39,003 bases of DNA from a virus. Lineage: Duplodnaviria; Heunggongvirae; Uroviricota; Caudoviricetes. Of this stretch, positions 9,687 through 21,108 are shown one piece after another (position 1 is the first letter of the stretch; every line of letters begins with the position of its first letter). Both the position numbers and the translations under genes were made by a program. Location: the IMG/VR virus record IMGVR_UViG_2563366825_000018. One strand, written 5' to 3'. The notes below the pieces were generated by a model. That model had not been told where the DNA came from, made no database searches, and saw only the letters and a program-made list of their open reading frames with translations.

Positions 9687-10346
9687 TTATGATTTCATTT
9701 TTTCGAATTTATTTTTTTGCAAAACAATATCTGTAGCTTCAATGGATTTTTTAAGTGAATCTAAAAGACGTTGACGTCTCTTAATTTTAGAGAAAGAAAC
9801 CCTCATAGCAGCCTCTTGTTTGGGCTTGATGTCCACCAGTACATAATATGGTTTTCTGGCTCCGCGCTTAATGTTGTTACGCTTAAAACCTTTTCCTCTA
9901 ATCGAAGCATTGGAATCAGCGATTTGTACAGGTAAAAACTCAAAACCACGTGTCGTCACTTTTGAACGAAATCTTTTAAATATTCTTGGTTCATGCTGTG
10001 CTCTCTTTGGTGTAGTCGAAAATAAAAAATGTTTCACGACAGTGGATTTTATCTCAGGATATTTTTCGAGATATTTTGAATTCAAGAGTGAGATGAATTT
10101 TTCAACTGGACTTATGTCAAGGTAAGAGCCGAACTTACTCTCAAAATACTTATCAAAGCTTTGGTTTTTATTATCATTAACAAACTTTGAAATATCAATT
10201 AGAAGTTCTTTCACGCCATTCTGACCAACTTCAGAAAGATATAAATCAATAATCTTTCCAAGATCATCTGAATCAAGTTCGCATGCGGTATCTTGATTGA
10301 AGTAGGACCGTATGAAATTATCTAGTTTAGTATATTCTTTTGACAT
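9687..10346 (-). CDS. hypothetical protein, acidic N-domain and very basic C-terminal half; second gene of two-gene cargo operon
   Basis: 219 aa; AT-rich; start 3 nt after upstream gene stop; C-terminal KRNNIKRGARKPYY, KIKRRQR stretches suggest nucleic acid binding. Confidence 0.7.
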   Translation of the reverse strand: MSKEYTKLDNFIRSYFNQDTACELDSDDLGKIIDLYLSEVGQNGVKELLIDISKFVNDNKNQSFDKYFESKFGSYLDISPVEKFISLLNSKYLEKYPEIKSTVVKHFLFSTTPKRAQHEPRIFKRFRSKVTTRGFEFLPVQIADSNASIRGKGFKRNNIKRGARKPYYVLVDIKPKQEAAMRVSFSKIKRRQRLLDSLKKSIEATDIVLQKNKFEKMKS

Positions 10347-10349
10347 ATA

Positions 10350-10814
10350 TCACCCCTTAACAGGATATGCAGTGAGGATGAAATGAGGCATTCCGTTAAA
10401 ATTTCCAACTTTCATAACTAAATTAATTCTTTTTGCAGTTAATATATTGTTTGGATCATCACGTTCAACGTAAGTGCCTACATCCTGTTCAATGTCTAAT
10501 TCCCTTGAAAATCTAACATCTGCGCGATTGGGATCTTTATACCACTCTGTAAATTCCATAAGAAATGAATTGAACCACTCGGTAGCTGATAGTTCTGCAA
10601 CTGATAAGTTTGTAAATGTTGAAGATACACGGAGTTTAGGAAATCGACCTATCAGGTAATTGGCATCCTTGCCAACATGTCTTCTAATTGTGTGTCCACC
10701 AGGTCCAGAATCCGAAGCTGCTTCATGAACTTTCAATTTGACGGGAGAGTATCCTGAGGAGTTTACTGTTGTCGATGTTGTAGCATGCTGTAGTTGTGAT
10801 GTAGAAGAAAACAT
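10350..10814 (-). CDS. hypothetical protein with GHTIRRHVGK motif; first gene of two-gene cargo operon
   Basis: Start ATG with GGAGGG RBS (internal to track ORF 10350-10865); 154 aa; no family confidently recognised. Confidence 0.65.
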   Translation of the reverse strand: MFSSTSQLQHATTSTTVNSSGYSPVKLKVHEAASDSGPGGHTIRRHVGKDANYLIGRFPKLRVSSTFTNLSVAELSATEWFNSFLMEFTEWYKDPNRADVRFSRELDIEQDVGTYVERDDPNNILTAKRINLVMKVGNFNGMPHFILTAYPVKG

Positions 10815-11073
10815 GTTCACCCTCCATGTTTTAGAATTGAGGTACAGTATATCGACGCTGCACATAACTTGTTTAAATATTTAGCCCTATGGTACACAAC
10901 CATATTGCTTTTTATGCTGTAACTTCTGCTCTTCGTCCACAGCGGATTTTTATCGTTGTAAACCAGTATGTTTCGTTTTTCAAGCAGTTATCCGATAGGG
11001 ATTTTCACTTCCCTTGGCAGCGCATGACTATGCTGCATGAATCCGCATGATCGTTTGAGGATCGTTTTTGCTG

Positions 11074-11097
11074 AGGCCCGCCAGAACTGGCGGGCTT
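11074..11097 (+). other. GC-rich hairpin with T-tail (gcccgcc agaact ggcgggc ttt)
   Basis: Inverted repeat seen in sequence just left of the cos-like motif. Confidence 0.4.
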
Positions 11098-11141
11098 TAG
11101 CTTATGTTATGCAGGTGCATGAAAATCACTCCATAAAGCGG

Positions 11142-11160
11142 GCAGGCGTGGCGGGGATAC
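11142..11160. other. candidate cos (cohesive end) site
   Basis: GGCGTGGCGGGGA matches the first 13 nt of the 186 cohesive end as I recall it; lies between the rightmost early cargo and the retron/Q end. Confidence 0.4.
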
Positions 11161-11215
11161 GAGCGCGCGCTATCACGTAAAATAGGCAAAATACTTCTGG
11201 AAAACAGAAAGTTGA

Positions 11216-13162
<1,947 letters not shown>

Positions 13163-13203
13163 TGAACAGCCCTAACGTTATGAACGCTAAGGCTGATTTT
13201 TCG

Positions 13204-14232
13204 TTAAAATTTATATGGTTTGAATTGTAATATATTATCTTCAAGCCATTTATTTAATTCCTGCATCCTTTTCTGTAAGGGTATTAATTCGTTCCTCACA
13301 AACACTAAACTCGCTTTTTCCACATCCCCAAACCCCCCGACATTATTTGGCATAATCCCCATCATTTGCGGTGGCACACGGTGCGCTGCCATCATGTCAT
13401 CGCGGCTGACATTTTTGATATTCAGAAACTCATCCTTCGCCGCCACTTCTGACAACGGGATAATCTGAAGCCCGTCCTTTTTACCGTTAGGCGAGTACAT
13501 AAACAGGTTACGGAAGTTACCAGGACCTTTGGCGCTTTTCATCGCATTGCGGAGGTTGTTCACATCCTCCTGGTTCTGCGCTGCATCGGTCATGTACATG
13601 ATGAAGCCTGCATGACTGCCGTTAATGTAATACTTGCGGCGGAACAGCGTGGCGGACTCGTTGAGCAGAGCTGACGGAATGGCAGAAAGATAACCGGGCA
13701 GGCCGTAGATCTCCTGGTTGATGTCCGGTTCCATCAGATGAAAAATGTTGCCTTTCGTGAACTGATACGGCTGCGTAGTCATGCCGTATTGCACAAACCA
13801 GTAGGTATTAAGGTCTAACCCGCGTCGGGTGTATTTTGCCAGTGCAGGCTCAAGGGCGATAACTTCACCGAAGCGGTTCGTGCGTTTCTCCAGGTAGGCG
13901 TTACCAAAAACCAGATAGTCCTGTACAAAACGCGAAAAAGCCTGCTGGCTGAGCAGCGGGTGAGGGATGTAGGTGCTGGTCAGAATGTTGCACTTCACTG
14001 CAATCGGTGAGCTGTGATGCACGGCGGCGCGGAAGGTTCGCGCCAGTCCGTCGAAACTCACAGGCGGCTCGTACCAACGATCCATCTGTACACATTCCAC
14101 ATAGTCCAGCAGTTCGCGGCGGTCCAGAACAGGAACGGGATCACCGAAGCTGAATGCTTCGGCTGAAGTCTGGCTTTTATGCTGGATCTGTTTCGTCGAC
14201 GCAGCGCGGTTCTTCTTACTCTTTCCCATCAA
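13204..14232 (-). CDS. Q: capsid portal protein (gpQ)
   Basis: 342 aa, P2 Q-like; leftward Q-P operon. Confidence 0.9.
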   Translation of the reverse strand: MMGKSKKNRAASTKQIQHKSQTSAEAFSFGDPVPVLDRRELLDYVECVQMDRWYEPPVSFDGLARTFRAAVHHSSPIAVKCNILTSTYIPHPLLSQQAFSRFVQDYLVFGNAYLEKRTNRFGEVIALEPALAKYTRRGLDLNTYWFVQYGMTTQPYQFTKGNIFHLMEPDINQEIYGLPGYLSAIPSALLNESATLFRRKYYINGSHAGFIMYMTDAAQNQEDVNNLRNAMKSAKGPGNFRNLFMYSPNGKKDGLQIIPLSEVAAKDEFLNIKNVSRDDMMAAHRVPPQMMGIMPNNVGGFGDVEKASLVFVRNELIPLQKRMQELNKWLEDNILQFKPYKF

Positions 14233-15995
14233 AAAATCTCCACAATATTGCTGGTATTGGCGGACTCGCCCTGCAGCGGTTCGTTAAACAGTGCGTGCAT
14301 TGTTGCCCAGGCCAGATCGGCATGGCTGGCTTCTTCGCTGCGGCTGGCTTCATAGGTCGGGCGGTTGCCACTGGCAGTGGTAGCGCGACGGATTGCCATA
14401 AATGACTGCGCAATGTCGGTGTGCCCGGCGTCAAACTCCAGACGGCGGTGGCTGATAATGTCGTAGGCCTTGAGTACCAGGGCGTTTTTAACGTTGGGGT
14501 TATAGACAAACTCCCTGACGGCAGGAAAAAACGCTTTCACGTTCTCGTAAACCCCGTGACCGACGCCGGTCGAGTCGATACCGATATAGGTCACGTTATA
14601 CTGTTCGGTCAGTTTTTTGATGGCGTCAGCCTGGGCGCGGAAGTCCATCCCGCGCCACTGGTGACGCTCAAGAATGCGGAACTTACCACCCGGCACGGCT
14701 GGCGGAGCCACCACCACGCATCCGGCACTGTCGCCGTTCTGCGTACCTTTTGCCGGGTCATAACCGATCCACACTTCGCGCCAGCCAAACGGGCGCAGGG
14801 CCAGTGCATGAAAGTCGGTCCAGACTTCCCAGCTGTCCACCATGCACGCCTGCAGTTCGCTGAGCGGGAACACGGACGCGAGATCGTCCACGAACTCGCA
14901 CATCAGCAGGTTCTGGTATTCGTCCGGGCTGTACTCCATGCGCAGCTGGTCGAGGTCGAACAGGTTACAGCCGCCGCGCACCGCATCTTCCACGGTGACT
15001 ATCTGGCGGTATTGCCCGTCTGCGCACAGCAGGCCGGGGGCCAGATTGCTGTGGGACAGGTCGATGTCCACCTTGTCAGCTTTGTTGCGTCCACGGTTGA
15101 ACAGCGCACCGGACCAGAACGGATAAGCACTGTGGGTCAGGCTGGATGGCGTGGAAAAATAGGTTTGTCGCCATTTCTTGTGAATAGCCATCCCGGAAGC
15201 CACTTTGCGCAGCTCCTGGAATTTCGGTATCCAGAAATATTCATCCAGATACAGGTTGCCATGATAACTCTGGGCCGTGCGGGCATTGGTGCCGAGGAAG
15301 TAAAGCGTGGCTCCGTTAGGAAGCACCATCGGATCGCCTTTTAGCTCCACCTCGACTTCTTTGGCGAAGTCGATGATGTATTGTTTAAAGACGTGGGCCT
15401 GAGCCTTACTGGCAGAAAGGAAAATCTGGTTACGTCCGGTAAGCAGGGCGTCAATCAGGGCTTCACGGGCAAAATAGAAGGTCGCGCCGATCTGGCGAGA
15501 CTTCAGCAGGTTGCGGATGCGGTTGGTTTTTCCGGCTTCCCACCAGTGGCGCTGGTAGTTGAACATGGAGGAATGGAAGATTTCTTCCAGCTTCTCAATC
15601 TGCTCATCGGTGAAAACATTCTTTTCCGGCTGACGGCGCGGGCCTTTGTTGCGGTTGGCGACGTTAGGGTTTAAGTCGGCTTCGTTGCCGCCATTGTTAA
15701 ACTTGCCGATCCGCGCGTGGCGCTCCGACTGGCGCGCCAGCAGGTCAATCTCTTTGAAATCTTTCCCTTCTTTGTGCTCCTTCATGATGAGCTGGCAGTA
15801 GCGTGCGGCGGTGGTGAGCTGCATCTGATCCAGCGGCCCATAGTCACCCCACTTGTCGCGTTTTTTCCAGCTGTGAACGGTTGCAACTTTCTCGCCCAGC
15901 ATTTCAGCAATGCGGGCTACGCGGTATCCCTGAAAGTACAGCAGCATGGCCTGCCGACGGGGATCGAGATCTGCGGGTGTCAGTGTGGTGTTCAT
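14229..15995 (-). CDS. P: terminase large (ATPase) subunit (gpP)
   Basis: 588 aa, P2 P-like; stop overlaps Q start. Confidence 0.92.
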   Translation of the reverse strand: MNTTLTPADLDPRRQAMLLYFQGYRVARIAEMLGEKVATVHSWKKRDKWGDYGPLDQMQLTTAARYCQLIMKEHKEGKDFKEIDLLARQSERHARIGKFNNGGNEADLNPNVANRNKGPRRQPEKNVFTDEQIEKLEEIFHSSMFNYQRHWWEAGKTNRIRNLLKSRQIGATFYFAREALIDALLTGRNQIFLSASKAQAHVFKQYIIDFAKEVEVELKGDPMVLPNGATLYFLGTNARTAQSYHGNLYLDEYFWIPKFQELRKVASGMAIHKKWRQTYFSTPSSLTHSAYPFWSGALFNRGRNKADKVDIDLSHSNLAPGLLCADGQYRQIVTVEDAVRGGCNLFDLDQLRMEYSPDEYQNLLMCEFVDDLASVFPLSELQACMVDSWEVWTDFHALALRPFGWREVWIGYDPAKGTQNGDSAGCVVVAPPAVPGGKFRILERHQWRGMDFRAQADAIKKLTEQYNVTYIGIDSTGVGHGVYENVKAFFPAVREFVYNPNVKNALVLKAYDIISHRRLEFDAGHTDIAQSFMAIRRATTASGNRPTYEASRSEEASHADLAWATMHALFNEPLQGESANTSNIVEIF

Positions 15996-16041
15996 GGCAC
16001 AAACCTACAGTCTTGAATGAAGGCTTTCCCCGCCTGCGGTT

Positions 16042-16059
16042 TGTGTGGTTGTCGGTACA
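16042..16059. promoter_or_regulatory. late promoter Ogr-binding dyad (TGT-N12-ACA) in the divergent P/O region
   Basis: TGTgtggttgtcggtACA read from sequence, about 80 nt upstream of the O start codon. Confidence 0.6.
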
Positions 16060-16137
16060 AATACCGCGCATTGTTTCACTGCCCTCATCACCGCAACCAT
16101 AAGGCTCCAGTAAGTTTTTTCTAACGGAGCACGGCTT

Positions 16138-16970
16138 ATGACAGTGAAAGCAAAGCGTTTTCGCATCGGGGTGGAAGGTGCCACCACCGACGGACGCGAA
16201 ATCCAGCGTGAATGGCTGGAACAGATGGCAGCCAGCTACAACCCCGCAGTGTATACCGCGCTGATTAACCTTGAGCACATCAAGTCTTATCTGCCGGACA
16301 GCACCTTTAACCGCTACGGCAAGGTGACGGCGCTGTTTGCTGAAGAAATCACGGAAGGCCCGCTGGCAGGCAAGATGGCGCTGTATGCCGACGTTGAGCC
16401 AACGGAGTCCCTGGTGGAGCTGGTGAAAAAGGCCAGAAATTATTCACCTCTATGGAAGTCAGCCCGAAGTTCGCTGATACGGGCAAAGCCTACCTGGTTG
16501 GCCTGGCTGCCACTGATGATCCAGCCAGTCTGGGTACGGAAATGCTGACATTCAGCGCCAGTGCAGCCCATAACCCGTTGGCAAACCGCAAGCAGAATCC
16601 CGCCAATCTTTTTACCGCTGCAGAGGAAACGGTGATCGAACTGGAAGAAGTCCAGGATGACAAACCGTCCCTGTTTGCCCGCGTCACGGCGCTGTTCACC
16701 AAAAAAGAGCAGTCAGACGATGCCCGGTTCTCTGATGTGCATAAGGCCGTGGAGCTGGTCGCCACTGAGCAGCAGAACCTGAGCACACGCACCGAAAAAT
16801 CCCTGGCTGAACAGGAAGAACGCCTGTCTGAGCTGGAGACTGCTCTGCAGGAGCAGCAAACCGCCTTTAAAGAACTGGTGAATAAGCTGAGTCATGAAGA
16901 CAGCCGCCAGGACTACCGCCAGCGTGCAACAGGCGGTAACGCCCCCGCTGACACTCTGACCAATTGCTGA
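16138..16970 (+). pseudogene. O: capsid scaffold gpO, interrupted by an apparent -1 frameshift in an A-run near 16436-16440 (or a sequencing error)
   Basis: Track ORFs 16138-16548 and 16452-16970 are consecutive parts of a P2 O-like protein in different frames; adding one A to agaaat restores a continuous [16 protein letters not shown] reading. Confidence 0.6.
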
Positions 16971-16986
16971 TGGAGCACAAAACCTG

Positions 16987-18045
16987 ATGAAGAAGAATAC
17001 CCGCTTTGCTTTTAACGCTTACCTGCAGCAGCTGGCGCGTCTGAACGGTGTGGCAGTTGAAGAACTGTCCAGCAAGTTCACCGTGGAGCCGTCTGTACAG
17101 CAGACGCTGGAAGACCAGATCCAGCAGTCCGCCGCTTTCCTGACGCTGATTAACGTCACGCCAGTGACTGAGCAGTCCGGTCAGCTGCTGGGGTTGGGTG
17201 TTGGTAGCACCATTGCCGGAACCACTGACACCACCGCGAAAGAGCGTGAACCTGTCGATCCTACGCTGATGGTCGATGTGGAATACAAATGCGAGCAGAC
17301 CAACTTTGACACGGTACTGACCTACGCGAAGCTGGACCTGTGGGCGAAGTTTCAGGATTTCCAGGTGCGTATCCGTGACGCCATCGTGAAACGTCAGGCA
17401 CTGGACCGCATCATGATCGGCTTTAACGGCGTGAAGCGTGCGAAAACCTCCAACCGTAGCGAAAACCCGCTGCTGCAGGATGTGAATAAAGGCTGGCTGC
17501 AGAAAATCCGTGAGGATGCACCGGATCACGTCATGGGCAGCACCACCACGGGTGGTGAAACCACACCGGGTGCGGTGAAAGTCGGGAAAGGTGGCGAATA
17601 TGCCAACCTGGACGCCGTAGTGATGGATGCCGTCAATGAGCTTATCGACGTGGTTTACCAGGACGATGACGATCTGGTGGTGATTTGCGGGCGTGAACTG
17701 CTGTCTGACAAGTATTTCCCGCTGGTCAACAAAGAGCAGGAAAACAGTGAAAAACTGGCTGCCGATATGATCATCAGTCAGAAACGCATGGGGGGCCTGC
17801 AGGCCGTGCGTGCGCCGTTCTTCCCGCCGAATGCGCTGCTGATCACCCGTCTGGATAACCTGTCCATCTACTGGCAGGAAGACACCCGCCGCCGTTCAGT
17901 TATTGACAACCCGAAACGTGACCGGATTGAAAACTTTGAATCTGTTAACGAAGCCTATGTGGTTGAGGACTACCGCTGCGCCGCACTGGTGGAAAACATC
18001 CAGATTGGCGACTTCAGCGCCGCCGCAGCAGAAACCGGAGCGTAA
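16987..18045 (+). CDS. N: major capsid protein (gpN)
   Basis: 352 aa; P2 N-like. Confidence 0.92.
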   Translation: MKKNTRFAFNAYLQQLARLNGVAVEELSSKFTVEPSVQQTLEDQIQQSAAFLTLINVTPVTEQSGQLLGLGVGSTIAGTTDTTAKEREPVDPTLMVDVEYKCEQTNFDTVLTYAKLDLWAKFQDFQVRIRDAIVKRQALDRIMIGFNGVKRAKTSNRSENPLLQDVNKGWLQKIREDAPDHVMGSTTTGGETTPGAVKVGKGGEYANLDAVVMDAVNELIDVVYQDDDDLVVICGRELLSDKYFPLVNKEQENSEKLAADMIISQKRMGGLQAVRAPFFPPNALLITRLDNLSIYWQEDTRRRSVIDNPKRDRIENFESVNEAYVVEDYRCAALVENIQIGDFSAAAAETGA

Positions 18046-18048
18046 TCC

Positions 18049-18696
18049 ATGAGCCTGAGTCCCGCACGGCAGCATCGCCTGCGCGTTCAGGCTGAACAGG
18101 CCGCCCGTGAGGGCGGCAGTGTTCGCCACGCGTCGGGCTATGACCTGATGCTGCAACTGGCGGAAGACCGCCGCCGTCTCAAGGGCGTTCAGTCCACGGT
18201 GAAAAAAGCGGAAATAAAGGTGGAGCTGCTGCCGAAATATGCCGCCTGGGCGGAGGGCGTCTTGGCTGCCGGAGGCGCTCAACAGGATGACGTGCTGATG
18301 TACGTGATGCTGTGGCGCATTGATGCCGGAGATTATGCCGGGGCGCTGGAGATCGGGCGTCATGCCCTGCGTCATGGCTGGGTGATGCCGCTGGGTAACC
18401 GCAACGTGCAGACCGTGCTGGCAGAAGAAATGGCAGATGCAGCGCAGAGCGCAATGCTTGCCGCCACCGGCTTTGATGCCGATCTGTTGCTGCAGACGCT
18501 GGAGCTGACAGACGGTCTGGATATGCCAGACCAGTCACGGGCGCGTCTGCATAAAGCGATTGGCGCTGTCCTGAGTGAAAGCAATCCGGCTTCCGCCCTT
18601 AATCATCTCAACCATGCGTTACAGCTCGATCCCCGCTGTGGCGTGAAAAAAGACAAACAGCAGCTGGAGCGCAGACTGCGCAATGACAGCTGCTGA
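18049..18696 (+). CDS. M: terminase small/endonuclease subunit (gpM)
   Basis: 215 aa at the P2 M position. Confidence 0.85.
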   Translation: MSLSPARQHRLRVQAEQAAREGGSVRHASGYDLMLQLAEDRRRLKGVQSTVKKAEIKVELLPKYAAWAEGVLAAGGAQQDDVLMYVMLWRIDAGDYAGALEIGRHALRHGWVMPLGNRNVQTVLAEEMADAAQSAMLAATGFDADLLLQTLELTDGLDMPDQSRARLHKAIGAVLSESNPASALNHLNHALQLDPRCGVKKDKQQLERRLRNDSC

Positions 18697-18791
18697 CAGA
18701 ACGTGCCCCCGCGCACGGGCGGCACGGGGTGGCGAAAGGCACTGCCACATCAAAACCCCGTCCACCGCCCTTTATTTCAGGAGAAAGCAGC

Positions 18792-19256
18792 ATGAAGTTT
18801 GTTGCGCCAGAACAGGCACCGGAACAGGCGGAAATCATCAGAAATACGCCGTTCTGGCCTGATGTGGACCTGTCGGAGTTTCGAAGTGTTATGCGCACTG
18901 ACGGCACGGTGACGCAGCCGCGTTTAAAACAGGTTGCCCTGTCGGCAATTTCGGAGGTCAACGCAGAGCTGTATGAGTTTCGCAGACGCCAGCAGATGCT
19001 GGGATATGCCTTGCTGGCAGAGGTTCCGGCAGAACAGCTGGATGGGAAAAGTGAGCGTATTCAGCACTATTTCAACGCGGTTTACTGCTGGGCACGCGCC
19101 ATGCTCAACGAACGATACCAGGACTATGACGCCACGGCATCCGGTGTGAAGCGAGGCGAGGAACTGGCAGAAGCCAGCGGTGATTTATGGCGTGACGCCC
19201 GCTGGGCCATCAGCCGGGTACAGGATGCGCCGCACTGCACAGTGGAGCTTATCTGA
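18792..19256 (+). CDS. L: head completion/stabilization protein (gpL)
   Basis: Internal ATG of track ORF 18729-19256 with AGGAG RBS; 154 aa. Confidence 0.85.
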   Translation: MKFVAPEQAPEQAEIIRNTPFWPDVDLSEFRSVMRTDGTVTQPRLKQVALSAISEVNAELYEFRRRQQMLGYALLAEVPAEQLDGKSERIQHYFNAVYCWARAMLNERYQDYDATASGVKRGEELAEASGDLWRDARWAISRVQDAPHCTVELI

Positions 19257-19459
19257 TGAAAGTGCGTGCGCATCAGTATGACACGGTGGACGCGCTTTGC
19301 TGGCGTCATTACGGGCGCACGCAGGGTGTCACGGAGCAGGTACTGAAGGCAAATCCGGGGCTTGCCGAATACGGCCCCTTTTTACCTCACGGGCTGCAGG
19401 TGGAGCTGCCGGACATTCCGACCACCACCACCGTGCAGACCGTCCAGCTATGGGACTGA
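19256..19459 (+). CDS. X: tail protein X
   Basis: 67 aa MKVRAHQYDTVDALCWRHYG..., P2 X-like. Confidence 0.85.
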   Translation: MKVRAHQYDTVDALCWRHYGRTQGVTEQVLKANPGLAEYGPFLPHGLQVELPDIPTTTTVQTVQLWD

Positions 19460-19462
19460 ATT

Positions 19463-19678
19463 ATGACGCTTGAGCGAATCAGCGCCTTTATCACGTATTG
19501 CATCGCCGTCGTGCTGGCCTGGTTGGGCGATTTGTCCATCAAGGATGCCTCAACGCTGGGCGGCCTGATGATTGGTGTGCTGATGCTGGCTATCAACTGG
19601 TATTACAAACACAAAGCCTACCAGCTTCTGCGCGACGGGCAGATCTCGCGGGAGGATTATGAATCCATCAATCGTTAA
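19463..19678 (+). CDS. holin
   Basis: 71 aa with two hydrophobic helices and charged C-tail, directly upstream of endolysin. Confidence 0.75.
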   Translation: MTLERISAFITYCIAVVLAWLGDLSIKDASTLGGLMIGVLMLAINWYYKHKAYQLLRDGQISREDYESINR

Positions 19679-20171
19679 ACGTTGCCTTGTCGGGACCGTG
19701 CTGGCTATTGCTGCCACGCTGCCGGGTTTTCAGCAGCTTCACACCTCCGTGGAGGGGCTGAAACTGATTGCCGATTACGAAGGCTGTCGTCTGCAGCCGT
19801 ATCAGTGCAGTGCGGGCATCTGGACCGACGGTATTGGTAATACATCTGGCGTCATTCCCGGCAAAACCATTACGGAACGACAGGCAGCGGAAGGGCTGAT
19901 CTCCAACGTGCTGCGTGTGGAGCGGGCGCTGGAAAGGTGTGTGAAGCAACAGCCGCCGCAGAAGGTGTATGACGCTGCGGTGTCGTTTGCCTTCAACGTG
20001 GGTACGGGCAATGCCTGCAGTTCCACGCTGGTGAAATTGCTCAATCAGCGGCGCTGGGCGGATGCGTGCCGACAGTTGCCGCGCTGGGTGTATGTAAAAG
20101 GTGTGTTTAATCAGGGGCTGGATAACCGCCGTGCGCGGGAGATGGCCTGGTGCTTACAGGGAGCAAACTGA
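19659..20171 (+). CDS. endolysin, T4-lysozyme-like, probable signal-anchor-release (SAR) type
   Basis: N-terminal weakly hydrophobic G/A-rich segment CLVGTVLAIAATLPG followed by E...D...T catalytic region. Confidence 0.85.
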   Translation: MNPSIVKRCLVGTVLAIAATLPGFQQLHTSVEGLKLIADYEGCRLQPYQCSAGIWTDGIGNTSGVIPGKTITERQAAEGLISNVLRVERALERCVKQQPPQKVYDAAVSFAFNVGTGNACSSTLVKLLNQRRWADACRQLPRWVYVKGVFNQGLDNRRAREMAWCLQGAN

Positions 20172-20172
20172 A

Positions 20173-20550
20173 ATGAAAAAGAAATTAATCAGCGGGCTGT
20201 TTCTGATGTTATGGATGGCGCTGTTAATCGAAGCAATGGTGTATCCGCAGGGGATTTTTCCGGTACTGGCAGCGTCCGGCGTTTGGGTAGCCTGTCTGCT
20301 GACATGGGCGGTAATTCCGGTAGCACTGGCTGCGTTAATTAAGAATGGCCCGCTCTGGCAGGAGTTGAGGGCATCTTTGCTGAAGACAATTACCCGAAAA
20401 GAAAACGTATTTATCAGCTGGGTGATGCGATTGCTGATTGTCGTAAGTCTCGCATGGACGGGGTGGGCTATTACCCTGGTCTTTTATCTACTGACCATTA
20501 TTGCCTTCTGGATCACCCGTAATCAGATGGCGCAACAGGTAGCAGCATGA
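20173..20550 (+). CDS. LysA-like membrane protein (lysis timing)
   Basis: 125 aa with about four TM helices; internal ATG of track ORF 20101-20550. Confidence 0.7.
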   Translation: MKKKLISGLFLMLWMALLIEAMVYPQGIFPVLAASGVWVACLLTWAVIPVALAALIKNGPLWQELRASLLKTITRKENVFISWVMRLLIVVSLAWTGWAITLVFYLLTIIAFWITRNQMAQQVAA

Positions 20551-20975
20551 ACCGGTTGCTGCTGGTTGTGCTGGCGTTATTACTGGCGGCGCTGGGCTGG
20601 CAGACGTGGCGGCTGGCTGATGCCAGCCAGACCATTAGCACGCAGGCAGACGAGCTGCAGAGCAAAAGCCAGGCACTGGCAAAGAGCAACAGCCAGCTTA
20701 TCAGCCTGTCCATTCTGACTGAAACCAATAACCGGGAGCAGGCGCGGCTCTATGCCGAAGCAGAACAGACCAGCGCACTGCTGAGACAACGACAACGCCG
20801 GATTGAGAAACTGAAACGTGAGAACGAGGATTTACGCCGCTGGGCTGATACTCCTTTGCCTGCTGACATTATCCGGCTGCGGGAACGTCCGACGCTCACC
20901 GGAGGTGCAGCTTACCGTCAGTGGTTGTCCGCGAGTGACGCCGTGTCGGCTGGATCAGGCAGCGCCGCGCACTAA
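20547..20975 (+). CDS. lysB: LysB, Rz-like inner-membrane spanin
   Basis: N-terminal TM helix, coiled-coil periplasmic domain. Confidence 0.8.
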   Translation: MNRLLLVVLALLLAALGWQTWRLADASQTISTQADELQSKSQALAKSNSQLISLSILTETNNREQARLYAEAEQTSALLRQRQRRIEKLKRENEDLRRWADTPLPADIIRLRERPTLTGGAAYRQWLSASDAVSAGSGSAAH

Positions 20976-21108
20976 CGGTGATCTGAACGCGTTGCTGGAT
21001 GAAACGGAGGCCGCCTGGGCGGTCTGTGCAGACAAAGTGGACATGATTATTGCGTGTCAGGAGCGAAACAGTGAACAAACCACAATCCCTGCGCCACGCC
21101 CTCAATAA
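20818..21108 (+). CDS. lysC: LysC, Rz1-like outer-membrane lipoprotein spanin, embedded out of frame in lysB
   Basis: Lipobox LTLSGC; Pro-rich; overlaps the lysB 3' end in another frame. Confidence 0.7.
   Translation: MRTRIYAAGLILLCLLTLSGCGNVRRSPEVQLTVSGCPRVTPCRLDQAAPRTNGDLNALLDETEAAWAVCADKVDMIIACQERNSEQTTIPAPRPQ

Noticed and set aside
14421-15344. 307-aa plus-strand ORF overlapping terminase P
   Set aside because: Antisense to the terminase large subunit; no RBS context; composition typical of GC-rich antisense frames.
16867-17529. 220-aa minus-strand ORF overlapping major capsid gene N
   Set aside because: Antisense to N; no RBS; spurious.
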